Assembly (NCBI RefSeq): GCF_964355755.1
Contig: NC_092678.1
Span: 6,960,422-7,024,421, forward strand
Reading direction: 5' to 3'
Length of the DNA: 64,000 nt
DNA from: Antedon mediterranea
Lineage: Eukaryota > Animalia > Echinodermata
Numbering within the stretch: position 1 is the stretch's first letter; each line of letters starts with the position of its first letter. Both the position numbers and the translations under genes were made by a program. The notes beneath the pieces are model-generated. The model was not told the origin of the DNA. It saw only the letters and a list, made by a program, of their open reading frames with translations, and ran no database searches. Shown here in pieces: positions 11,690-23,675 of this stretch.

Positions 11690-11935
11690 ATTTCTTTTAT
11701 TCCTGTCCACCCAGGCAGCACTTGCCAACTCATTTGCTATTACTTTATCCAAATTCCCTCATTGCACTGATGAAGGGCTAGTGTTGCCCGAAAGCTCTGC
11801 TAACTTTTCTGGATGTTTACTTGATCGTTTTGATTTAGCTTTTCGCTCTTTTTTTTGTATCTCCATTGAGATCCAGCCACTGATACCCACAGCATTGTCA
11901 TTCTTTTCAGTAATTTGCCTTTGGATTTATATAAA
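11690..11935 (+). mobile_element. Solo Penelope-like pLTR with hammerhead motif at 11762-11803 (also 32820-33065, HHR 32893-32933; inverted copy 58208-58385)
   Basis: TGCA-CTGATGA-A-GGGC(TAGTGTT)GCCC-GAAA-GCTC/TGC, ending in GATTTATATA. The 58 kb copy has lost TGA from the core. Confidence 0.7.
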
Positions 11936-12225
11936 TGTATATATCTACATCTATTACTAATTATTTTACTACTGTATTATACTATTATTTACTAGTAGTT
12001 AAATTTATAATATGATTTGTTTGATTTAAATAAAATTGAAATATTATAGTTATACAGGGAGTAGAGCTAGATAGGCATGAAGTTGCCTTTTCTCTTCTTC
12101 CTTTTTATCCAACTATTTTAAAAATGTTTTATATATTATAATGTTATATTTATGTATTTGTTTTTAACATTTTTGGATGAATAAAGAAAGAATATATATA
12201 TATTAAAAATAATAATAATTTAAAT

Positions 12226-12900
12226 AGACTCTATAGTTCACTATGTCGGTCGGTCTGTCTGTCGGTCCGGTATCACTATGCGTTTTATCGCTTTCTGACC
12301 TTATCTTGATATCAGTTTAATCTAGCTAAGTCAATTTTTCACAGTATATTCCTTATGGCCAGGAATCGATGTGGTTATGTTTTCACGGTGCGCAATAAAA
12401 AATTACGCGGTCTACGCACGATTTAACGAAATCACGTTTGTAATTCACAACCATGAATCACAATTAAATAAAATTTGGTACTCATAAATTTCAGGGCATA
12501 AATCATCATATGGCAATACAATTACGTGCGTATCGCATGTAACGCATGCGTACGCGCGCTTAAATTTTTTTTATTTTCGATGAAATAAGAGTACGTTTCA
12601 GGCAATTTTAAGCGTTTACAAAATTGCCATGAGTGCGCAGATTTTTGCGCGCGCACTGCGCGTTAAATGTTATCTCGCACTCTTTTTGCCCGATTTCTGT
12701 TTTCTTGACTTACTTTTCAACTCAAAATTACGTCAAAAGTGACAGGCTACGCACGTGTAAATTAAAAAAATATAAATGTTTTTAAACATTTCAACATTTT
12801 TAAACATGTTCAGTAATTTCGGTCAGTTGGTAGGTTGGTCGGTCGGTCGGTCGGTAAATACTAATGAGCACGCGACTGCAGCCATCTATATGGCCTTCTT
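12226..12900 (+). mobile_element. DINE-1/HINE (Helentron-associated)-like element (fuller copy 33376-34080)
   Basis: TTTTTAGTCGCGTGGACGCGACT 5' inverted repeat (seen in the unit 2 copy), (GTCK)n microsatellite, 3' CACGCGACT plus a short GCCA..TGGC hairpin, inserted in a T-run. Confidence 0.7.
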
Positions 12901-13953
12901 ATTCTTAATTTTATATAATTAAAAAAGTTAAAATTAAAATAAACAGTGTATAGCATGGTATAAACATATGGATATCGAGTAGATCAGCATTGAAGTCAAC
13001 TGATACAATGTATTTGTCAATGACAGAAAACAGCTACAATAACACAACATACACTATGATGCTGACATTTATTGACTTTAAAAAGCATCACATGAGATAC
13101 ATAGAATATAAAAACATAACACCTAGACATATCTATAGAATCTAACATAAAATACCTGTATTTGATACCGTGATCAAAGCCTGCGTATAGGCTTAATAAT
13201 AATTGAAAATATACCCTTATGTTATATTAGAAATGTGAAGTGAGAGAAAAGAAATAAATATAAGGAATAAAATGGGAAGATGTTGAAAAAGGGTTATAAA
13301 AGGCAATACAAAGGCGTACTTACCGTCAATGTTTTTGAGAATAAACTTATAACTTACAACAAAATAAATACTCGGTACGGTATTGAAATTGTGGTGTGTT
13401 GAATCACAAAAAACGACCACAGGTCACAACAAAATACAAGACAAAGGTAAGCCATGGAAGAGTGAGAAGTCATCAGAGCATACGATCCAGACAATTCACA
13501 AATAGGGATTTAATGGCACTTTGTTCAATTCGATCTTTATCTCTTAAATCGTTTCAAATAAAATAAAAAAAATATTTGTATTTATTGTGTCTATTACATA
13601 TGTGTGTGTTTCGATTATACTAGAAAGGTAGGCAGGCCAATTTATATATTTTCTTTTATTTTTATGTCTTTACGCAATGTGGCCAAGGATTACCAATAGT
13701 AAATTAATCACTGTCCTATCAGTATTTAGGATGTAAATTTACCGCACTTTTGTATACCTATTACCTATTAGCTCGATACTTCAATCATGTGATATTTAGC
13801 CATTAGAGTATTCACATGTCTTGGTTCGTAGGTTACTAAAAATGACAATTATTGCAATGCAATCATGAAATTAGGATGATAAATCGAATAACATCGATCG
13901 ACCATTTCTTTAAAAATGTAAATATCTAAAAAAGCAATGGGGCTCAAACTTAC

Positions 13954-14051
13954 TTTAAGTTGAATATCTTAACTAAATCAGTGGTTTTATTAAGTTCTTT
14001 TCAACTAATTCTTTCGTGGATCTCCTCGGTGCTTCAGCAGTTTGCAGAAAT
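13954..14051 (-). pseudogene. Orphan frameshifted ST8Sia exon 2 of another paralog (also 35160-35257)
   Basis: 98 nt (versus 99) between TTCAG and GTAAGT. FLQTAEAPRRSTKELVE is homologous to [17 protein letters not shown]. Confidence 0.8.
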
Positions 14052-14134
14052 CTGAATAACATGAATTAGCGGTATTAAAAGAGAGAGTCTAATAGGCCAC
14101 GATGTCCAAAAGCAGTGACATTTTATTACATTTA

Positions 14135-14937
14135 ACAATAGGAACCATCTCTACTGCAAACAAGTACACAATTTACACTAGAGACCATCTCTAATGCAAA
14201 TAAGTACACAATTAACATTAGGGACCATCTCTACTGCAAATAAGTACACAATTAACATTAGGAACCATCTCTACTGCAAATAAGTGCACAATTAACAATA
14301 GGGACCATCTCTAATGCAAATAAGTACACAATTAACATTAGGGACCATCTCTACTGCAAATAAGTGCACAATTAACAATAGGGACCATCTCTAATGCAAA
14401 TAAGTACACAATTTACACTAGGGACCATCTCTACTGCAAATAAGTACACAATTAACACTAGAGACCATCTCTAATGCAAATAAGTACACAATTAACATTA
14501 GGGACCATCTCTACTGCAAATAAGTACACAATTAACATTAGGGACCATCTCTACTGCAAATAAGTGCACAATTAACAATAGGGACCATCTCTAATGCAAA
14601 TAAGTACACAATTTACACTAGGGACCATCTCTACTGCAAATAAGTACACAATTAACACTAGGGACCATTTCTACCGCAAGAGGTACACGATTAACTCTAG
14701 GGACCATTTCTACCGCAACTGAGTTCATAATTAACAATAGGGACCATCTCTACTGCAACTAAGATCACAATTACCAATAGGGACCATCTCTACTGCAACT
14801 AAGTTCACAGTTAACACTAGGGACCATCTCTACTGCAACTAAGTTCACAATAAACACTAGGGACCATCTCTACTGCAACTAAGTTCACAATTAGCACTAG
14901 GGACCATCTCCACTGCAACTAAATACACAATTAACAT
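14135..14937. repeat. 40-bp minisatellite, ~20 copies
   Basis: Unit TAGGGACCATCTCTACTGCAAATAAGTACACAATTAACAC. Confidence 0.95.
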
Positions 14938-15027
14938 TTTTTTTGTTGCGGTTCAACATATTTTTTAGCTAGATTCAGTAGCATAGGGCGAATGTAATTT
15001 TAATAATAAAACTGGACATTATCGTAC

Positions 15028-15320
15028 CTTACAGAGATGGATAGACGTTCTTGGACAGAGATACTCTCTCTGAATCTTACCATTTTGTAGTGTCATCTTT
15101 AATCAAATCGATCAGATAACCGTATTGGTGAGGCGTCATTCGAAAAATAATTGAAGAACTCGTCTTTATTGGTCGCCAGATTATGCTTTACCAACGTTTG
15201 AAACTGACCTTCCTTTCAGATCTGACTTCGTTCTTGTTTTCCCCTTCTGGCGAAATAAATAAAATGATAGCGGAAAGAATATCTTCCTCATTATCATCTG
15301 ATGATGACCATCCAGAAACG
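15028..15320 (-). mobile_element. Decayed PIF/Harbinger transposase N-terminal fragment (also 35833-36130)
   Basis: Translation across frameshifts gives DEFFNYF-RMTPHQYGYLIDLIKDD...RFRESISVQERLSISVR, matching the F.NYFRM...FR..IS..ERL...LR pattern of Harbinger transposases. It ends at a GT donor. Confidence 0.65.
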
Positions 15321-16060
15321 GATACCAGTTTAATGAAAATAATGTTTGACACCGTTATCTTATGCGAGGTCACAGAAAACGTGACGGAACAGGTGTGAAT
15401 GTTTTTCACGGAACGGTAAATGGGCGCGTCACGTTGAAATTAACGGCGCCCATAAACTATGTTGATCTATTTGTCAGTAGGCTAGCTTACTACTACCCTG
15501 CTAATGTAGACCTATGCTAATGACGTCATTGTCGTAAAAAATGTACCCACACACCAATATACAGACAACGGAACATCTTACCTTTGTAGATTATCCGTCA
15601 AACGTGTAAACGGATAAATAGTTTTTTTGTCAAAATAACAAATAAGCTCAAAATGGTTAGTAAATTGTGGTGGTCTAGATTCCTCAGAGATTATTCTAAT
15701 ACATGTTTGCAGAAATATTATTATTATTTATTTGTATTTCCAATTTAGTTTAGTAGCCAAAACCCTTTAGACAAAAAAATACATCCTGTTTTACCAATTT
15801 TCAATTTATGAATATTGAATTCAAAGGATAGATTCTAATTGAGACCTAAACACCTACTTTTTAAAATCTATTTTTGTTAAGTTTTAAATCAAATTCTTAA
15901 CCGCTAAAACGTATATTGGATTTAGATGCTTGTAAACTGATTGAACCGACTTAAATTACCCTAGCAAGCTTCGCCAACCCACCCTGAACTCTACTGGAGC
16001 CCTTGGTGGACCGCAACCTTGGTTCTTGCTTCGCTTGCAAGGCCTATTTAATCCATTCGG

Positions 16061-19000
16061 TTAGGCGTCAAATATTATGCCATTTTGGTTAAATGACTGT
16101 CGTTGAAGGACGCATTTATTCGTAACCATTCTTAAATATTTTTCTTTCTTCATCTCGATAAGTTTCTTATATTCACTCGGCATTTTATGAGAGTTGTTAA
16201 ATGAAAATCTGGATTTCCCATCATAGTGAAATTTAATTTTTCGTCCATCAGGTGCAATGCCAAATGGATAAAATCCATACAGTGATATCATATCGCAAAA
16301 CTGCACGGCAGCAGTGTACAAATACAGGCCGGATGAAATTTTATCTTTTATGTTCCAGAATCTGGAAAAAAAATTGAGATGTTGTAGGCTTAAGCCAAAC
16401 TACTATACTTTTTCATAATTTTCTAGGCCATGTCAATCGCAATTTTGAGTGGCGCAAGTTTTCTTAAGGAGACTGGCAAGCTTTCAAATATTAACAACTT
16501 AAGAAGGTCTAGGCCTACTAGACCTTCGCTTGAAATGAAATGCCTGCATTTTTAGCTCGACTTGTCATTCCTATCCTTTCAAATCACTATACGCCTAATG
16601 CATTGCATTTAGATACAGTTTTCTCATAAGAGAAAAAATAGTTCTAACTCTGTCAGTAAGCTAGCCCCATCAGTAAACTACTACCCTGCTAATGTCTGGG
16701 CATCATCGTCAGACATTTACCCACACACCAAAATATAGACAACGTCATCTCTTACCTTTGTAGATTATCCGCTAAACGTGTAAATGGATAAGCAATTGAA
16801 ATATCCAAGTTTGCTGTGTCAAAATAATGAATAAGCTCAAAATGTTTAGTAGTGTGTGGTCTAGATTCCTTAGAAAACCACAAAATAACATTTTTAAACT
16901 CTCTTAATCTTTCCAAATTAAACCTTGGATCACAGATACTATTATTTGTAATGCATCTTTGAAAAAATGCCATTGACTCCTGATTGGCAGACATTATGTT
17001 CGTTTTGTGTCCAACATCATTTACAAATTCTTTTATAGGAGCCATGTTTGATCTCATCACAAAGTCATGAGCGTCGATTTCAGAGCCACATCCACTGTTC
17101 AGAAGAATTCCACCATTGCCGACTACTGCGCATGTGCGATGCCGAGAAATTGTCTTTCCTTTTTTTTGTAGGTATTTGTAAAAATGAGTAGCCTTTCTGA
17201 ATTGTAGCAAATTCGAATATTTTCCACGTTGAATAAAAGGTATTAACACACTTGAATTGAACTCCTTCGTTTTGTGCCTGTGAGTAAAGTATAAATATAT
17301 TATCCTTAGTACATTGTTCTTGGCTATATAATATAACAGATATTGCCTTTTATATCTTATATTTAACCTCTAAGCAGTCAATATCTGTATATTAACACAC
17401 TTGAATTGAACTCCTTCGTTTTGTGCCTGTGAGTAAAGTATAAATATATTATCCTTAGTACATTGTTCTTGGCTATATAATATAACAGATATTGCCTTTA
17501 TATCTTATATTTAACCTCTAAGCAGTCAATATCTGTATATTAACACACTTGAATTGAATTCCTTCGTTTTTTGCATGAGTAAAGTATAAATATATTATCC
17601 TTAGTAAATTCTTGCCATGTTGATGACAATGTTGAAATAATATTCGTCTAGGCCTATCCTTTATGTATTTTGTTAACGTAAAACTACTTTTTTTACATTT
17701 TACTTTTTTATTATTTGTTCTTCTTTCTAACAAACAATGCTAAGCGCAATTTGCAGGCTGACTATAACATTTACAATTAAAATTCAACAAAGGTAAAAAA
17801 TAATGATTTAATTCAAAACACGTAAAAATTGAGAATGACTAGTTATAAATATCCAATGAATTGCTTGATAAAAGGCAGAAATTGTAAAACGACGACGAAA
17901 GTTAACCGAAAACACAGTTTTTACAAACCTTAATACGACGACAAAATTATTATTAATTATTTAGGCAAAAGATTCAAATTAAACAAAAGACGGCGCAAGA
18001 AGAAAATATAAAATCGTTAAAACGAAAAAGAGGTTTACAACCAAGATTATGAAGAGGCAAATTAAGGTAAAAATACGAAGCAAGATCACAATCAAACTTA
18101 GAAAAAACACATTTATATAGGAAAAATAATTAGGCTTGCTTTCACAGTCTTCTTGACATTCGGAGAAAACTACAAGAGCTTCTTGTTGAATTAAGCGTAC
18201 GGAATAAAGGCTTATTATTAAAGATTTTGGAAAGAGAGAGTGAGTTGGTCTATTGTTTAGAAATCAAAGGAAAGTTAGATTGGGCGAAAGGTAGAGGGCA
18301 CTGCGCGTTTGGTGTGTGGGAGGAATCTGTTTGCAATCCGTACGCCACAACACAGCAACAGTCAACTGGCCTGTATGTAAAACTTGGTTTCCACACGGAC
18401 ATATAACGCAAGGACGTTCGTAGACGCAATGCAAGCGGTAAAGTAGTTCGTGTAATCCATCGCTTGTGATTGATTACTAATGCTTGGTTCACACTAGAGA
18501 CGCAACACAACGACGTAACGCAACGTAAGAGATTTGACCAATCACAAGCGATGGATTATTTGAAATATCACTTGTCATTGGTCAACTCGCTTGCGTTGCG
18601 TCTACGTCATTGCGTTGCATCCACGTGGGAACCAAGCTTCACTGGTGTTGCGCTTGCGTCGTTGCGTTGCGTCCTAGATGTGAAGCAAGCATAGTGGGGA
18701 ACATTATTTTCTTTAAAAAACAACAAAACAGACAGAACAGAACTTTGTATTTATTAGACATCAGGGACACCTTTAGAGACCCAACCATCGAATCAATCCA
18801 GATCCTACCGAAAGGCAATGCAATCCTTGATGCTAATAATAAACATTTTATTTTGAACAAGAAACAGTATAATATTATATTGGTATATTTTGATATATCC
18901 CATATATGATATAAGATAAACAAATGTTGGCAGGACCAACGTGGTAAATCAATATCATTGAAGGCAATTGGTTACAAATGGACAAACTTACCTTAAGTTG

Positions 19001-19295
19001 AAAACTTTGGTTAAATCAATGGTTTTACTAAATTCAGTATCAAGTAATTCCTTCAACGGCTCCTGAACAGTTGAGAACAATCTGTGAATAAAAAAAAAAC
19101 ATATTGTATTTCTTAACAAGCAGTATTAAAGAAATAACTCAGGTACTAAAAATAATTATGTTTTACTAACCTTTGACAATACAGTATGTTTGTGTCTTTA
19201 CTGCGTGTTGATAAAGATAGTAGAGAAAATGAAGTTACCAATATAGATAAGGTTGTTATAAACATAAACAAGATAAGCCTTTGACGTCTATGCAT
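16061..19295 (-). CDS. ST8Sia-like sialyltransferase, type A copy 2; exons 19295-19171, 19081-18992, 17277-16756, 16361-16061; 345 aa
   Basis: Near-identical to A1. Splice sites and frame are intact, with only in-frame 3-nt indels in exon 3. Confidence 0.9.
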
Positions 19296-19375
19296 GGCTG
19301 TCTATATAAATCAGATAATAAACATAATATAAAAATAATACGGTATTTATTATAATAGTACATTATTTACATTGA

Positions 19376-19411
<36 letters not shown>

Positions 19412-19521
19412 CGTGGTGAATTTAACGCAGACCATGAAAGCGAAAGGTGCTCGATACAAAATGTAGAGCCAAATATAAATAAATGAAAGACGCTAGTAAA
19501 TTACCAACTGAACATTTTATT

Positions 19522-19565
19522 GCACTACAGGCTGTTTCATGAGTATGAACTCAATCTTCAGGTGC
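19522..19565 (-). ncRNA. Type I hammerhead ribozyme motif in Penelope 3' pLTR (also 41226-41269)
   Basis: GCAC-CTGAAGA-T-TGAGT(TCAT)ACTCA-T-GAAACAG-C-CTGTA/GTGC followed by AATAAA. Stem I GCAC:GTGC, stem III ACAG:CTGT, GUA triplet. Confidence 0.78.
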
Positions 19566-19750
19566 TTGGCTCTGAATGATAGTCACAAGTGAATACAAAA
19601 AGCTATAATGAAGTCTTAAGGCAAACTGTTTATGTGAACAATAGTATGCTAATTAGCAAGTACAACACATCTCTATTTCCTGAACAGTCTATTGTTAACC
19701 AAATTCTTATTATCTAAATTACTGATACTTTAGTAGAAACTTTCTCCTAT

Positions 19751-22009
19751 CGTCGTCGACACCACGAAGTGACACTAACCGCGTAATTGATAAAAACAGC
19801 GTTTCGAGAAAAACGCGATTGAAGAAACGAGCTTCACAAAACACACGATTTCGTCCTCAAAAAAATGTCACTAAGATTTTTAATTTACATACATACAAAG
19901 TTAGACAATCCAGCTACCCGTTACTTTAATTTAATTTTAATCATATTAATTAATTACCAAGTAAATTAAAGTTAAACTTTAGTGTCACTTCGTGAAACCG
20001 AAAAATTCATTTCCCTACGTAGTTTACGCTTACGAAGTGACACTAACGCAGTTAGTGTCACTTCGTGAAACCGCAAATTCGATTTCACCGCGTATTTCTA
20101 GTGCGTTGGAAGTGACACTACTGTGTAATTCATAGCTTTCCAATGCAATGATCCTACATCATAACAATTAAGTATGGTCCTTGATAAGTGAACACTATTA
20201 TATATACATTACAAACATGCATGTCTCCTTTAAGCCCTGCCTGCACTATCCGACTTGCTTCATCTTCCATTTCCATCAAATTTTTGCTCAAGAACCATCT
20301 CTTCCTTATTTATTACATGGCCATCTCCTCGGAGATGGCCATTTAATGTATTGTTTTCATTGATTTCCCTTTTGATTCTATTCATTTTTCCATTATTTTA
20401 GTTTGTTAGTTTTCATAAATTCTATTTATTTTTATTAAATTTTTGTATGTTATTGTCTTATCAAATTGCATTTTTGTGAGGTTCTCTCTATCTAATGATC
20501 ACCTTCGACTGGAAGGACCACCCTAGTAAAATATTGTTGAAATAAATAAAATCAAACTTAATGTGACCAACATTAATTTGATGTGCTTATATGGACACAA
20601 TGGCATAATATCACTCCATATTTGGGCACATCAAACTTTTTTTGTCAAACTAGTTTGATAGTGCAGAAAGGGTTAGGTTATTTATAAATGAAACAACCAC
20701 ATCAAATAAATCTAAAAACATAGTTTGACCTACTTTAACACTTTTAATAAAAACATCAAATTACATAGACATATAAATAGGCCTATCTGGAATGTACAGT
20801 AAGCATAATGTACATATTCATATTTTTTTTCCATATTATTAAATATTATTTATTTTTTCAACATTGAACGATTAATAATTCAGTAATACAATTGGTATTT
20901 CAGCCAGTATTAATTTATATCAAAAATTATTCTCTATTGTTATAAATCATTAAATACTTAATCAATGTCGTTACATTATTTTTTTTCTATTACCAGTATG
21001 CTTTTTAATTTATTCAATCCATTGTTCTGTGATGTACACATCATCTAAAATGCTCATATAACATAAACACTTGCTACAGGCTGCCTACATACACCTCCCC
21101 CATTTTTAAACCTTGAACTTGATACCTTCTCCCTTAAATTGATGTAGATAGATTGCTTGTTGATCGAATTTCGGTTGTTCCCCCTTATCTTATTTTCTTG
21201 AAACTGTTCTGAAAAAAAAAACACATTTTAAAAATAACAGTGATTTAATTCTTATTGTTAAAAATCAAGCAGAGTAGTTTAGCCTAGCTATTATATTAAA
21301 GAGTCTACTCTAGCCAAGTAGTAGTACTACTACTACTACTACTATTCCCTGGGCATACGCATACTCTAGTTTGTTAGGCCTAGGCTAGGCTTAGAGGACC
21401 TAACTAACTAGGCCTACTAACCGAATAATGTACGCCAGGCCAGATGCTAACCTAGGTAGATCTGGGCAAGCTAGCTTTGCCTAAATGTCACAGTAAAGTA
21501 TAGGTCTAGGCTAGGCCTACCTACTATGCCTAGCTAGTAGTAGGCTAAAGTGTGTCAAATTACTGTTTTATATTAATTATAAAATAAATATATAATAGGC
21601 CTCGACATGAGGAATACATGAGCAGACTAAAATTCTTTAAATAAACTAATTAACTTACCGTCTTTCTTAATGAAATGCAATGTTGTGGAGTGTGCGTCCA
21701 GATCCTCCTAGCTAGGCTGTAGGCTAGGCCCAAACAGTAAACAAACGCGCAAAATTCATTACCAGTGTGGCGCTCGCAAGCAGCACATACGGGTATTTAA
21801 TAAATAGTGTCACTTCGTAAAAACGCAAATTCCATATGATGGTGTTTTTTGATATTGTCTAATTAATGTAATTAGTTAATTAATGATATTTGAATGTGTA
21901 AATTTTGTGAAAACATAGAGTTCGATATACATAATCAAAATATGGAAGAAAAATTTTTTTCAAAAATTCCAGATTTTTAGGTTAGTGTCACTTCGTGATG
22001 CCGACGACG
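19751..22009. mobile_element. Non-autonomous DNA transposon, ~30-bp TIRs, 4-bp TSD CTAT (superfamily unassigned)
   Basis: TIR CGTCGTCGACACCACGAAGTGACACTAACC, with CTAT at 19747-19750 and 22010-22013. The empty site CTCCTATGTC is at ~41450. The GAAGTGACACT motif is repeated subterminally. Confidence 0.9.
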
Positions 22010-23545
22010 CTATGTCTACATGCACTGACTAATTCGTTCCTATGGTTAAGTGAGCTGGTTTCAGGCTTGCATATAATAATTATAATACTTCTCTTGTAAG
22101 CATAGATTACACCGTTTGTTAACATTGGAATATTGTTTACACTTCTTTATTATTCGCCATTTAATGTTATACTTTATGTTATCATCTTTTAGCTTCCAGA
22201 TGTACTGGCTAAGCGTTGTGCTGTTTTTGTATTTAACATTACGGAATGAACTATTGTGTACGTTATATCTGCATTTAAATGTGTTTTCGGTTAGTCCGAC
22301 ATATGTTTCAACTTTATCATCATCATTTGTTGTTACTGTAGCCTGATAAACAACACCACTGGTTAGGCATTTCCCATCTAATGGGCATTCATTTCGACAG
22401 TTGCATTGCTTGATGTTATCACAGGGCATATCATTACGTAATACATTTTTGTTGTGGGCCGATATTACAGACCCAATATTAGGCATACAACTATAGCTGA
22501 TTTTAATGGTGTTTCTATTAAATATTTTTCTTAGCTCATGGTTATGTGGAAAACATTCATCTACAGTCTTTAAGAACTCGTGCCCTATTTTGGTTTTCAC
22601 GTTGGCACTGTAAGGCGGGTTGAACCAGATGATATTTCTTTTCCTTGTCTTCTTCACGTTATTTTGTGCGCTGGTATTGGTCGGGTTGTACTTCAGATTG
22701 TGGTCGTATCCACTTTCATACAAGGCTTCTTGGTACGGTTTCTTTGATTCATTGAAAACAGTTTCATTCGAAGAAATGTTTGATAATCTTTTGTTTATGC
22801 CTTCAGGATGTTCTTAATTATTGATGCTGGATGATTACTTTTGCAATGAACATAGCGTGGTTTATTGTTTTCCTTTAAATAAGGCTTATGGCTTCCATCG
22901 TTGAGATTAAGCGTTACATCTAGGTAGTTTATAATTTTCTTATTCGCTTCGATCGTTATCTTTAGATTATGTTCTTTGAATGTGCAGCAGAGATCTTTTT
23001 TTATTTTTTCAATAACATGAGGAGTTTCATTAAATGCCGCGAGTCCGTCATCCCTGTACAATCCTATGTTATTACCGTACTTGGGTTCCAGTTTGGCTAG
23101 CAGAAACAGACCTATTAACTCGCATGTTTCAGCACCGTAACATCGAATGTGGTGTTCCTTTTGCACCAAGCTGTCTCGTCGTTGAATAGTAGTGTATTCT
23201 TGGATTTGATTACTATTTCCCTTTCTTCCTCTGTAATATCGGTGAATTTTTTAGCAAAGTTGAGGGCTTCATTGAGAAGGTCCAAAGTTACCGAAGGATA
23301 AAATTCTGTTACATCAAAGCATATGAACAGATGATTTTCCTTATCCCGGATGCCTTTAAACCATTCTATCATGTCGTTAGTATTCCTCCACTGGTTAAGC
23401 TTGGTCTTACGTGCGATATGTTTTTTAACTCTTTCTAGGATGTGTTTACTTATCTTTCCTATCTCTGATTTTGAGGGGTTAATTAGTCTGCAAGTCGGCT
23501 TGTTTATAAAATTTTCTTTATGGTCTTTCAGGGTTATAAATATAT

Positions 23546-23675
<130 letters not shown>

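Larger units (their letters stand above)
19408..23535 (-). mobile_element. 5'-truncated Penelope-like retroelement (RT + C-terminal GIY-YIG), in (TA)n, interrupted by a TIR element
   Basis: [68 protein letters not shown] and CNLCLQEK. Frameshifted, with a 16-bp deletion in the MGSYDG region. Confidence 0.92.

Noticed and set aside
14135-14937. CRISPR-like regular array (constant GGGACCATCTCTAC block with variable part)
   Set aside because: The variable parts are near-identical variants rather than unique spacers, there are no cas genes, and the context is eukaryotic. It is a minisatellite.
22061-23535. Active or selenoprotein-coding (Naiad-type) Penelope
   Set aside because: The endonuclease is C-terminal, the element is 5'-truncated, and the disruptions are frameshifts rather than in-frame UGA codons.
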